Origin: a virus
Taxonomy: Duplodnaviria > Caudoviricetes
Length of the DNA stretch: 64,000 nucleotides
IMG/VR virus record: IMGVR_UViG_3300036880_000015
Coordinates: 873 to 64,872 of that record
Strand: one strand, 5' to 3'
Part shown: positions 1 through 8,979 of the stretch, in pieces
How positions within the stretch are numbered: the first letter of the stretch is position 1
Layout of the letters: each line of letters begins with the position of its first letter
Made by a program: the position numbers and the translations under genes
Notes under the pieces: generated by a model
The model's input: only the letters and a program-made list of their open reading frames with translations
Database searches by the model: none
What the model was told of the DNA's origin: nothing

Positions 1-2720
1 ACGCTGACCGGCTCGCCTTGGTTGTGTTGCAGTCGCAAGATCGCCGTAAAGGTTCCCGTCCCGCCTGTGATTACCGCCACCACTTCTTCATTTGAAGGGT
101 TGCCGATGATGGCGAGCTGGTTCTGCACGAACACCGCGCCGGTCTGCGCCACAGTCACCGTCTGCGAGCTGAAAGTGCTGTAGATTGAATTCAAACTGGA
201 AAGCGTGGTTGCCGCCGCCAGAGTCGTCTGGATCGGCGTAACAAGCGAGCTGGTCACAGGCGGATCGTTGTCGAGTACCAGGATCTGCGCCTGTTGAATA
301 TAGGCGTCCGCGATCACATCTTTGAAAACAAACTGGCCCGTCCCTGTTACGTTCGGTATCTGGCCGACCTGGACCCAGTTCGATGATAGCGTGCCACCTC
401 GGCGATACTGGCGCACATGAGTTACCTGCGGGTCCGGAGAATACTGGCCCACCACCTGCGCCGCTTGCCTCAAGAAGATTGGAGCGGCTGTCGAAGCCAG
501 GTAGCCGTAGTCTTCATTGAACATCTGCTCCTGGTTTGGCGACGATTCAGTACCCGTGTTTGCATTGTAGTAAGTCTGCCGATAGTCGTAGCCAACTCCC
601 GCGAACGAAGATGGTCCATATCCCCATTGCAGATAAAGTCCATTCACTGAGAACGACACGCCACCATTGGAGTTTGTTGTAACCGTCAGCGTCCAACCAG
701 TCACATTTGCCCAGTCGATTCCCGCTTGTCCCGCTTGTCCAACCGGCAGAAAGTTCCCTCGCGGAATATAGCAGGCTTGCCACGATCCAGAACCTGTCGA
801 GATATTTGTCGGCTGCAGTTGTGCGCTAATCGTTCCAGCAGGCTGCCCGGTAATCAATCCGAGTGTGTCTGCAAGTATCTGACTTTCTGTTGCTTGATAC
901 GCTGTCGTGTTCCCGCTCACAGCTCCTTGGTAATACGCTGGGGAGATAAATGCCGTGTAGTAGTTGTTGGTTCCAGAGGATGTAGTAAACGACAATTCTA
1001 CCTGACTTATATTTTCTGGATTCGACACCAGCAGCGTCAGAACAATCAAGTCGGCATCGGTCACTTGGTTGTTCTGATTTAAATCCAGGTTTACTGTCTT
1101 GCTTATTGTCGCGGTCGAACTCGCTGCCGCAATCGTCCCACTCCATGCGCCAAGAGGAAACGCAGCCGTTGAGGGAGGAACCCATTCATAGAATCCCCAT
1201 GCGGACATCTGCGACGGATATGGAGAAGCATACTGATCTGTTAGAACGCAAGCGGAAGGAACATTGGCATCGCCTGAACCGGAGGTTGTGTAGGTAACGT
1301 ATCCTCCATTCGCCCCAATCTGCACGGCGGACTGAAAAGCAACCGTAAGAGATGTGGTAGTTGGCGCTGAAATCACTTTGTAGAATCCATCAATAATATC
1401 GCTCGACGACGCATAAATAGCCATCAGATCATTCGCAACAAGGCCGTGCGCCGCTGTCGTATTTACGAGCAGTTGAGTGTATATTCCTCCGACAAGCGTC
1501 TGCGACGTAACACTGGAAATCGGGATGGTGACCTGAGTATTTGTATTTAGCAAAGCAATCATGCCGTTTGCGATAGGTCCAAACGCTCCAGGGTTGCTCA
1601 CCACCGCGTAGGGGTTTGTAATAGCCGTAGTAAGCGAGCATGACGGGGAGCCTGTTGGAAAGCATTGCGCTGTGAGAACTATTTGAAATTGAACTAGGTT
1701 AAGGTTTGATACGCCTACAACAAATGACATTTGAGAAGTGGGGTGTGTTCCCGATCCCGACGATGCAGATGTGTTATAAAAAGTATTCCATGTTACCCCT
1801 CCATCAAGGCTGTACTCGTAATTAGCATAAACGTATGCTGCCCCGCTTACGCTCCAACTGCTGCTGACATCTAAATAAATAGTGACGATTTGCCCTGCCG
1901 ATGGCACTACAGACGCAAACCCTCCTCCTACGCTTGTTGTTACCGTGTTGGTTCCAGCCCCTGTTTGAGATACGCTGCCCGATGATCCGGTAACGTATCC
2001 CGTAGATGGATAGCGCGTCCCTCCTCCGGTTGACAAGGATATTCCGTAGAATTGGCTGAAATCTGTAATAAGAGTTCCGTAAGTGGCATCCAAGGTATCC
2101 AACGCCCCATATCCCCAAGCACTCGTTCCTGAGTTGGTGTACGTGTTTCCTGTAGCAAAACTATCAATCATAATAAGCAGCGGGGCGTAGGGAAGCACGT
2201 TGAGCGTGTACGGAGATGGGTCGATGCCAGTGAGTTGCGGGTTGCCTGTTCCTTGGTCTTTGATTGACGCGTTCTGGTCGTAAATGAAAAGATAGGCTTG
2301 GCTCGTCTCGAAGCAACTTTGAACAATGGACTCGAATGGCTGGCCGGAGAGAACAACTTGTGTTCCGGTTACGGTCGTCGGTAGAGTGAGCTGCGTATAA
2401 GCTCCTTGTGTATTTCCTGAACGGCGCTGGAGAGAACCGTCGGCGAGACCGGCGTAACGCCATGCGCTGCCTTGGAATGTGAGTCGCGAAAGAGATGTAA
2501 CCGGCTGGGTGAAATAATGATTGCTGGTTCCTGCGCCGGCGGGGTCGCGATTGATAATCTGCGTGCCGAATCGACTCGACATCGCGTTTTCCTCACGCTC
2601 CAGGCAATTAAGCACTTGAAGATAGGTGTACTCTGGAGCTTGGTCCTCGATGCTGCGCGCAACAAGTCCTTTCGACTTATAGACAAATGGTACTGGCCGA
2701 TATTCTGTATCCTGAGCCAT
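1..2720 (-). CDS. Large virion tail/nozzle-like structural protein (>906 aa, 3' end beyond window)
   Basis: Missing from the ORF track because it is truncated. Manual translation from ATG 2720 (AAGGA SD) stays open to base 1 (MAQDTEYRPVPFVYKSKGLVARS...). Ser/Thr/Gly-rich; lies downstream of the adaptor genes. Confidence 0.7.
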   Translation of the reverse strand, partial: MAQDTEYRPVPFVYKSKGLVARSIEDQAPEYTYLQVLNCLEREENAMSSRFGTQIINRDPAGAGTSNHYFTQPVTSLSRLTFQGSAWRYAGLADGSLQRRSGNTQGAYTQLTLPTTVTGTQVVLSGQPFESIVQSCFETSQAYLFIYDQNASIKDQGTGNPQLTGIDPSPYTLNVLPYAPLLIMIDSFATGNTYTNSGTSAWGYGALDTLDATYGTLITDFSQFYGISLSTGGGTRYPSTGYVTGSSGSVSQTGAGTNTVTTSVGGGFASVVPSAGQIVTIYLDVSSSWSVSGAAYVYANYEYSLDGGVTWNTFYNTSASSGSGTHPTSQMSFVVGVSNLNLVQFQIVLTAQCFPTGSPSCSLTTAITNPYAVVSNPGAFGPIANGMIALLNTNTQVTIPISSVTSQTLVGGIYTQLLVNTTAAHGLVANDLMAIYASSSDIIDGFYKVISAPTTTSLTVAFQSAVQIGANGGYVTYTTSGSGDANVPSACVLTDQYASPYPSQMSAWGFYEWVPPSTAAFPLGAWSGTIAAASSTATISKTVNLDLNQNNQVTDADLIVLTLLVSNPENISQVELSFTTSSGTNNYYTAFISPAYYQGAVSGNTTAYQATESQILADTLGLITGQPAGTISAQLQPTNISTGSGSWQACYIPRGNFLPVGQAGQAGIDWANVTGWTLTVTTNSNGGVSFSVNGLYLQWGYGPSSFAGVGYDYRQTYYNANTGTESSPNQEQMFNEDYGYLASTAAPIFLRQAAQVVGQYSPDPQVTHVRQYRRGGTLSSNWVQVGQIPNVTGTGQFVFKDVIADAYIQQAQILVLDNDPPVTSSLVTPIQTTLAAATTLSSLNSIYSTFSSQTVTVAQTGAVFVQNQLAIIGNPSNEEVVAVITGGTGTFTAILRLQHNQGEPVS

Positions 2721-2730
2721 TCTGTTATCC

Positions 2731-3240
2731 TTACGTCGGAGACGTAAATGCAGTTATAAGACCCGCGGCGAACGTCAGGCTTCCATTCGTTCCGCCGACT
2801 GTTAGTTTGACCAGCGTCACCGTTCCGCTCACTCCAGTTGCCAAGGTTGCCGTGATCGTTGCAAGTGTTGATGCCTGAGAATTTGAGGTCATCTGCAACC
2901 CCGTCAGACCCTTCAATGCGTTTTTACCGCCAATGTCGAGTTGCGGCCCGAGAGACGATGCGCTGTATTGGTTTGCCGCGTGCCCCGCCGATATTGCATC
3001 TGACGGGGAAGTGGGCGCGGCCAGGCCTGTGATCGTGCTGCCGGCCACGTCGATGCCCGAAGGGAGAACACTCGGGCCGCTCGATCCTTGCAGAGATTGA
3101 ATCGCTCCGATGACCTGGTTCAGCGTTACATTGACGCTCCCTGGGTTCTCCGCAAAGTCTTTGGCGGTGAATTGGACGCGCTGAATTGGAAGCGGTGTAG
3201 CGGCCGGGGGTGTGGGACGGGATGTAGGAGAGTTGGCCAT
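2731..3240 (-). CDS. Putative virion structural protein
   Basis: ATG 3240 overlaps the upstream stop (TGATG). Thr/Gly/Ala-rich with a short fibre-like C-terminus; inside the tail operon. Confidence 0.55.
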   Translation of the reverse strand: MANSPTSRPTPPAATPLPIQRVQFTAKDFAENPGSVNVTLNQVIGAIQSLQGSSGPSVLPSGIDVAGSTITGLAAPTSPSDAISAGHAANQYSASSLGPQLDIGGKNALKGLTGLQMTSNSQASTLATITATLATGVSGTVTLVKLTVGGTNGSLTFAAGLITAFTSPT

Positions 3241-3533
3241 CAATCCTCCCAATCCGGAATCTCAACCGTCTGCCCGGCGAGCGCATGAGTGCTGTCGCTG
3301 AGGAATTTAATCTGGCCGTCGGTCACAAAGGAATGGCATACCATTGGCAGAGGTTTGCCGTCTACTTCTTTTACCCACCTGACTAAAATAGACGGCGTGA
3401 ACGTCGGAGTTTCCACGCTTCTGTTCCAGCCCCATGCTTGCGGTCCTTCGACTGGAATACCATGAGAGCACGCGCATCCTAAACAATGGAAAGCGTATTG
3501 TTGGTCGCTCATTTTGCGAATCTTCGCGCTCAT
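3240..3533 (-). CDS. DUF6527-like Zn-binding protein
   Basis: Motifs FHCLGCACSH, WGWNRSVETPTFTPSILV and CHSFVTDGQIKFLSDSTHALAGQTV; ATGA coupling to the upstream gene. Confidence 0.75.
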   Translation of the reverse strand: MSAKIRKMSDQQYAFHCLGCACSHGIPVEGPQAWGWNRSVETPTFTPSILVRWVKEVDGKPLPMVCHSFVTDGQIKFLSDSTHALAGQTVEIPDWED

Positions 3534-4630
3534 TGTTTCGTCCCCATCTTCATAGCCTGGATGTAGCGCCCGGTCGCCATGACCACCTGAGCATACCGCT
3601 TGAGCGCGAACTCGGCCATCTGTGGTTGTTGAGCTATGCCATCCTTGCCCCAGGCATACGCCAGAGCGAGATATTTGATCCCATGAAGGCAACAATCCGG
3701 CGCGAGGAAGCCATCCAAAAAGCCCAGCGTGTCCGTGTCTCGCACCGCGCAGAGCAACTCGACCGGGAAGTTCGACGATGGCCGCCCGCCAACTCCCCAG
3801 CGGTAGAGCCCGGCCCGGTCCTCGAACCAGCTTTGCAGTGGCCCAACGTAATTAGACTGCCAACTACGATCTTGCTGGACGAGCTCCTCCTGCGTCAACT
3901 CGTACAGTCTACGCATGGATTGAATCGTGCCGCCTGTCGTCGATCCATCGGCGCCGACCTGCCGGTAAGTGATGACGTTGGGTGACGGCGCGCTGATGAC
4001 CGCGAAGACGCCGGCGAAGGATGGGTCGGTCGGATTGACCACGGCGAAGGTGTTGTACTGGACCAGGTCCGTCGGCCCGCCCGCGGTGAGCGTTACAACT
4101 CCGCCGGCGCGCACCATGCTGGTGATGCCGATGTCAATGGCCGAGGCCGCGATGCGATCGATCAGGATGGCTGTAGGCGGCGTGGCCTGGTAGATCAGGC
4201 CTGTATTCACCGTCTGGAAGAACCGCTGGTAGAAGCACGGCACGGCCGTCAGGAACTCGTTCTGCGCGCGCGACAGGTACTGCAGCATCTCCGCCTGGGT
4301 GAAGATCGGGTCCGTAGCCTGCTGCGTGGGGAAGGTAGCGCCCCAAACCGGCGCGGCGGCGGCGTGCGCGTTGGCGAAGTTGGCGGTGAAAGTGGTAGGA
4401 GAGGGAACCGTTAGGACGGTGACGACTTCTTGCGTGGCGTTGCCGGGCTGCTCGACGACGAGTTGCGCGCCAGAATACATCGCGTATGTGCTGCCGACGG
4501 TGGCCGTAACACCTGCGCCGGCGGCGATGGGATTAGAGAGTCCAGCGTAGACCGCAGGCATACAGAGGTGCAGGCTGATCTCAAAGATCAAGTCCGCTGC
4601 CGTCCTGTAGCCTACGCCTGGATTTGCGAT
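3530..4630 (-). CDS. Head-tail adaptor/neck ring-like protein with inserted beta domains (start ATC 4630 or TTG 4591)
   Basis: Helical EMLQYLSRAQNEF segment and LYELTQEELVQQDRSW motif resemble phage adaptor proteins; position after the capsid genes. Confidence 0.55.
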   Translation of the reverse strand: MANPGVGYRTAADLIFEISLHLCMPAVYAGLSNPIAAGAGVTATVGSTYAMYSGAQLVVEQPGNATQEVVTVLTVPSPTTFTANFANAHAAAAPVWGATFPTQQATDPIFTQAEMLQYLSRAQNEFLTAVPCFYQRFFQTVNTGLIYQATPPTAILIDRIAASAIDIGITSMVRAGGVVTLTAGGPTDLVQYNTFAVVNPTDPSFAGVFAVISAPSPNVITYRQVGADGSTTGGTIQSMRRLYELTQEELVQQDRSWQSNYVGPLQSWFEDRAGLYRWGVGGRPSSNFPVELLCAVRDTDTLGFLDGFLAPDCCLHGIKYLALAYAWGKDGIAQQPQMAEFALKRYAQVVMATGRYIQAMKMGTKQ

Positions 4631-4678
4631 GACTCACCCCTCAATGTTCCACGACGCGCCTTTTCCCCGTTTGTTCCC

Positions 4679-4981
4679 TTACGCCGTGACGAGCGCCTCT
4701 TCTGGAACGGCAACCGGGTGCGTCTCGTCCCAGTCCGCCGGCTTGTTGACGCCGAACTTTCCAACTCCACCGCAGCTCGAACACGTCGCCGACATGACGC
4801 CGGGGCCGCCCGCCATCTTCTGCGTGGTCTGGCCGTGGCCGTCACAGCCGAGGCATTCTGCCACGAATGCTCTGCCGAAGCAGATTTTGCAAGCCCGCTC
4901 GCCCGTGCCTTCGGGATGCTTTGCGAGGCCACACGAGCACTCGCTGACTATGCCGTGAAATTGCTGGATTCCGTTCGCCAT
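4679..4981 (-). CDS. DnaJ-type CxxCxGxG zinc-finger protein
   Basis: CKICFG, CLGCDGHG and CSSCGGVG repeats. Confidence 0.6.
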   Translation of the reverse strand: MANGIQQFHGIVSECSCGLAKHPEGTGERACKICFGRAFVAECLGCDGHGQTTQKMAGGPGVMSATCSSCGGVGKFGVNKPADWDETHPVAVPEEALVTA

Positions 4982-4990
4982 AGAAATCTC

Positions 4991-5683
4991 CTATCTCTTG
5001 GTTGTTGGGTTGACGTTCTGCCCGGCGCCGTAGCCGGACGTAAAGAGCAGCGGGTCGCGCAGGTCTTGAATCGCCGTCATGCGTTTCGCGCCCTGCAGGT
5101 ACTGGTCGAAAAGTTTCATGCCCTCCTGGAACTCTCCTCCGAGTTCCTTGATTCGGCAGTAAAAAGCTGCGTACTCCTCGATCAACTGGAAGAAGTTGTC
5201 CTCGAAGACCACGCTCTCGCTTCCAGTGTACGGCCAAACATCGGTCGTTGGATACTGAATTGCGGTAACGTTCACGGTTTGGGGCGTGGAGACTGCCGGG
5301 TGAACGACAAAGAGGTTGAAGCCGATCGGCGCCCAGCGCACGGCAACGTCGTCAACGTCCTGCATCCAGTCCGATTGCCAGCTCGTTTGGAGGTAATCGA
5401 GATCCCACAAATTCACCTTGTAGAGAGGTGAGCCCGCGCCCTGAATATCGGTGATCGCCAGGTAGCCTTTCGGCACGGCCTGCCAGACCGAGTTGGCGGT
5501 CAGAGTGAAGGGGATGTTGACGATTTGCGTGGGCCGGCCGACGAGCAAGAGCAGATCTGATTGCGCTTCCATGATCGCCGAGTAAATCTCGTACTGCGCA
5601 GACCACCACTGCCCAGGCCCGCCCGGATTTTCTTCCAAGCGGGACTGAACATTCGCGGCGAGCGTGGAGATCGGCGTGGCCAT
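4991..5683 (-). CDS. Head-tail adaptor-like protein
   Basis: N-terminal MATPISTLAANVQSRL...EIYSAIMEAQ, LWDLDYLQTSW motif, C-terminal IEEYAAFYCRIKE helix. Confidence 0.6.
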   Translation of the reverse strand: MATPISTLAANVQSRLEENPGGPGQWWSAQYEIYSAIMEAQSDLLLLVGRPTQIVNIPFTLTANSVWQAVPKGYLAITDIQGAGSPLYKVNLWDLDYLQTSWQSDWMQDVDDVAVRWAPIGFNLFVVHPAVSTPQTVNVTAIQYPTTDVWPYTGSESVVFEDNFFQLIEEYAAFYCRIKELGGEFQEGMKLFDQYLQGAKRMTAIQDLRDPLLFTSGYGAGQNVNPTTKR

Positions 5684-5686
5684 GGG

Positions 5687-6262
5687 CTATATCTGCGTGA
5701 AGCGCGGGACAAGAGTGCCGGACCCGAGCACCCAGAACTGCGACAACTGCATGGGTTGGCTCTGTCCGATAGACTCAAAATCGAGCGGCGCCGTGGCCCC
5801 GGATGCGAGGTAGTCCATGACGCTCAGGTCGGTAAAGGCCACAGTCGAAGCGTTCCCGATGTAGGTTGCCGCGGAAAGAGAGACTGGCTGGATATGCACG
5901 TTGCCGGCGTCCTCATTGAGCACACACCATTCGCCGCTGCCCGCATGGGACTGCTTCAGGCCTTGAATCACCATCACGGTTCCAGATGTAATAGTCTTCA
6001 CTGTCCCTTGATCTGGAATGGAGCCGACAGCGACAATGCCTGGCAGAAACGCCGCGGCCAGGCCGACAGCTACGCGATCGCCCGGCAAGAACCCTTTGGT
6101 TGAGGTGACGGTCAAAGAGCACCGCGTCTCGTTTGAGCCCGGCGTGAGGACTCCGCTGAATTGGTCCGGCGGTGGTGTGACGGCAGCAGTGACGGCCGAC
6201 CCGAATAGCGGTTGCGCGGCCCCTGAAAGTGTGATGATTCCTGCAAATGGTCTGACGGCCAT
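5687..6262 (-). CDS. Putative virion structural protein
   Basis: 191-aa beta-rich ORF tightly packed in the structural operon. Confidence 0.55.
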   Translation of the reverse strand: MAVRPFAGIITLSGAAQPLFGSAVTAAVTPPPDQFSGVLTPGSNETRCSLTVTSTKGFLPGDRVAVGLAAAFLPGIVAVGSIPDQGTVKTITSGTVMVIQGLKQSHAGSGEWCVLNEDAGNVHIQPVSLSAATYIGNASTVAFTDLSVMDYLASGATAPLDFESIGQSQPMQLSQFWVLGSGTLVPRFTQI

Positions 6263-6265
6263 GGC

Positions 6266-6625
6266 TTAGTCTCCCTTCAATCTAGTCAACGGATTCTTGG
6301 CGTCGCGACCATACGGCGACGGGCAGCAACCTGGTCCTTCCGTGCTGGTCACCTCGACTGGATCGTTCGTGTTGCGGTAGCTGGACTTGTAGCCGATGCC
6401 GCCCATGGCGCCACGAACATTATCCATAATGCTGTTCGGCTTCGGAACGTACTTGCCGGTCCCGCCCCAATCGTTCTTGACCTCGGGGTCGTACTCCTCG
6501 TGCATCCCCAGGCGCGCACGATCGATGTGGAAGTTGTCGGTGGCCGGCTTCGAGTTGGCTGGCGCGTCCACCTTGCCAAAACTCTTGCGCCGGAATACGT
6601 CGGTGACTCGTTCCGATGGGTTCAT
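6266..6625 (-). CDS. Hypothetical protein
   Basis: 119-aa ORF with ATGA coupling in the operon. Confidence 0.55.
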   Translation of the reverse strand: MNPSERVTDVFRRKSFGKVDAPANSKPATDNFHIDRARLGMHEEYDPEVKNDWGGTGKYVPKPNSIMDNVRGAMGGIGYKSSYRNTNDPVEVTSTEGPGCCPSPYGRDAKNPLTRLKGD

Positions 6626-6789
6626 GGTTGCCTGCTTCCTGCCCTGCGCTTTGTGGCGCGGTGCAACTTGCGCTTTTTCGTTTTGCGCTTCACCGTCTTC
6701 CGCTTAGAAGAAAGCCTGGCCGCCTTCTTCAAGAACCTCGACGAGTGGCTACGAGCTTCCATTTCTGGAGTTTCTTTGTCTTCACGCAT
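6622..6789 (-). CDS. Small Lys/Arg-rich protein (55 aa)
   Basis: Manual translation MREDKETPEMEARSHSSRFLKKAARLSSKRKTVKRKTKKRKLHRATKRRAGSRQP; overlaps both neighbours and fills the operon gap. Confidence 0.6.
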   Translation of the reverse strand: MREDKETPEMEARSHSSRFLKKAARLSSKRKTVKRKTKKRKLHRATKRRAGSRQP

Positions 6790-7132
6790 ACCTTTGCCTC
6801 ATTTGAGAGAATTTCCTCTTGACAAGATCGCTTACCGTTACCTCGCGCTGCTGCGGTGGGTCATCGAAGTTCTGCGCGTCCGAGTTCAGGACTACGCTTT
6901 GGAAACCGAGGCGCTTCTCGGCCGCTTCCAACTCCCGAATACTTGAGACGTGCAGGTGACCTCCTAGCTCATCGGCCACATGGTCGAAGGTGATGTCGAA
7001 GGGGTTGCCGGTCCCCTTTGGTATCCGATCTGCCGCCAGGCAGCCGCAATCGAAGCCCAGCCATTTTTTCTGTATGGCCATAAACCGCATCCGATAAACC
7101 ACCTTGCCGCATTGTCCACAGGTCTGTGCCAT
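6782..7132 (-). CDS. Zinc-ribbon phage protein (FmdB-like)
   Basis: CxxC...CxC plus the VSSIRELEAAEKRLG motif typical of head-operon Zn-ribbon proteins. Confidence 0.55.
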   Translation of the reverse strand: MAQTCGQCGKVVYRMRFMAIQKKWLGFDCGCLAADRIPKGTGNPFDITFDHVADELGGHLHVSSIRELEAAEKRLGFQSVVLNSDAQNFDDPPQQREVTVSDLVKRKFSQMRQRYA

Positions 7133-7141
7133 GAAAGCAGT

Positions 7142-8164
7142 TTACCACCCTTCCGACGCGCTGGCCGACATACAGGCGTGAGAAGCCTCCCAATAGGCTC
7201 CACCCGGCGTGTAGAACGGCAGATCTTCGCCCTGGATCGTCGCGCTCGTCCGGTACAGATTCTCGTCCTCGTTCATCATCTCGACCAGCAGGCCTTCATA
7301 CTCCTGGTGGAAGGTGCTCGCCAGCGACAGCGCCGTCTGCGGGTCATAGCCGGGGTTGTCCTTCGGCTTGTAGCGCAGCGCCCAGCACATCGCTTCCTTG
7401 ATCACCACGTCGCAGCGGATGTACGGCGGCAGGCTATCAGTATCATTTTGCAAATTCGCCGGCTGACAGTAGGCCATAAAAGGGAGCGCCTGTTGCGTGA
7501 AGGGTGCCGACCATAATTCAATCAGATAGTTCCCATTCGGATCCGCTGGCATCGGCGCCAGTCCCCACGGGAAGTTCACGGTGATGCGCCACGGGTCGCG
7601 GTTATCGAGATAATCCTGAGTGAGATTCGTCCACAACTTGAATCCCATCTGCATATTGACGCAGGTCTTGATGTACTTGATGTTCGGGCCGAAACTGTAA
7701 TACATCTGCACGATGTAGTAGCCGGTCGTCTGCGTCGTCTGCCCCGGTGGGAACGGGCCGCCCCATGGAAGCTCCAGCGTCAGCACCTGCGCAAAGGGAT
7801 CAACTCCCGTGATCGTGTAGATCGGAGTGTTGAGCCCGGCGCGGAACTGGCGGCCGATGAGCGTCTGGTCCCATGTTGTATTGTTGCCCTGCACGGTGTT
7901 GGAGTTAAAGGTGACCGTGGCCGTTCCGCCGCTGACTGAGGCCGGGCAGATGATCTGGCCTTTTGTGAAGAGGCCGTACCAAGTGCGACGAGAATACAGA
8001 CCTCGAACAATGTTATTGATCCATCCGGGTATCTGGGCTATACAGTTAGGATTCCAAGAACTAACTTGCCCGATCATTCCTCCGAAGTTCATTTGTTGAA
8101 CGAACGGGAGAACTCCCACGTTAGGTTGCACTTGCTGAGGTATAACAATCGGTGGCACTGGCAC
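7142..8164 (-). CDS. Head-tail adaptor-like protein with inserted beta domain
   Basis: MNFGGMIGQV...GWINNIVRGL N-terminus, LTQDYLDNRDPW motif, C-terminal helical region. Confidence 0.55.
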   Translation of the reverse strand: MPVPPIVIPQQVQPNVGVLPFVQQMNFGGMIGQVSSWNPNCIAQIPGWINNIVRGLYSRRTWYGLFTKGQIICPASVSGGTATVTFNSNTVQGNNTTWDQTLIGRQFRAGLNTPIYTITGVDPFAQVLTLELPWGGPFPPGQTTQTTGYYIVQMYYSFGPNIKYIKTCVNMQMGFKLWTNLTQDYLDNRDPWRITVNFPWGLAPMPADPNGNYLIELWSAPFTQQALPFMAYCQPANLQNDTDSLPPYIRCDVVIKEAMCWALRYKPKDNPGYDPQTALSLASTFHQEYEGLLVEMMNEDENLYRTSATIQGEDLPFYTPGGAYWEASHACMSASASEGW

Positions 8165-8165
8165 A

Positions 8166-8894
8166 TTACACCTCGCATCCTTCTAAGGGATGAATCCACT
8201 CTCCGGCAAGAATTGGAAGTCCTATACATTGCGCCATAAGAGTGTTTCCTATCCTCTCCGCCATTTGATGGATTGTCGAATGCTCTGATTTTGTAACCAC
8301 TTGGAGATTTTCTTTACGATTATCCCCTTTCTTTCCGTTTCTGTGATGAACAACCTCTTCTTTCGTCAAAGGTCTGCCTATCATTTTTTCAGCTATTACA
8401 CAATGCTCCTGCCGCCATTTTCCATCTTCTGTTTTAACGCGCTTGTATCCTTTTGCGCTATCTCTCACGGTTCCAGAATCGTCACGATAATACGCAAACC
8501 AGCACTCTCGACTGCAAGTTATCTGGTTGATTTTCTTTCTAGGATTCGCCGGTAGGAATTCTTTCCCGCAAACAGCACATTTGGCGCGCGTCAATTCACG
8601 AGCTACGTTCCATCTGGCTTCTCTCTTCTCTCCCGCCACGTTGCAGCATCCCGGACTGCAATACTTACGAGTTGCATCCTTATGGGAGCGAAATGTTTTT
8701 TTGCATACAGGGCAAGTTTTTACCGCAATATCTCCGACTCTCCCCAAGCGTAAAGCGCAGGAACAGGTACGGCTGCACGTCTTCTGATCGATCTTCTTCT
8801 TGCTGACAAGAAAGACCTGTCCGCATGACGGGCAGGTCTTCTCGATGGTCTTTTGTCTCGAAGGGCAGTTGGCGAAAATGGAGGCGGAAGTCAT
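8166..8894 (-). CDS. HNH homing endonuclease with N-terminal Zn-finger repeats
   Basis: EHCVIAEKMIGRPLTKEEVVHHRNGKKGDNRKENLQV (HNH_3); three CxxC...CSxxC repeats; lower GC than the flanks. Confidence 0.88.
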   Translation of the reverse strand: MTSASIFANCPSRQKTIEKTCPSCGQVFLVSKKKIDQKTCSRTCSCALRLGRVGDIAVKTCPVCKKTFRSHKDATRKYCSPGCCNVAGEKREARWNVARELTRAKCAVCGKEFLPANPRKKINQITCSRECWFAYYRDDSGTVRDSAKGYKRVKTEDGKWRQEHCVIAEKMIGRPLTKEEVVHHRNGKKGDNRKENLQVVTKSEHSTIHQMAERIGNTLMAQCIGLPILAGEWIHPLEGCEV

Positions 8895-8900
8895 AATCGA

Positions 8901-8930
8901 ATTGTACTCCCGCCTCACCTCGATATGGAA
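8901..8930 (-). promoter_or_regulatory. Sigma70-like promoter, leaderless start of the HNH gene
   Basis: TTCCAT-18-TACAAT-6 nt-ATG(8894). Confidence 0.5.
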
Positions 8931-8979
8931 GCCTTTCAAGGGGAGGGATCTGTGACCCCGCCCCTCTTTGGTTGATGCC

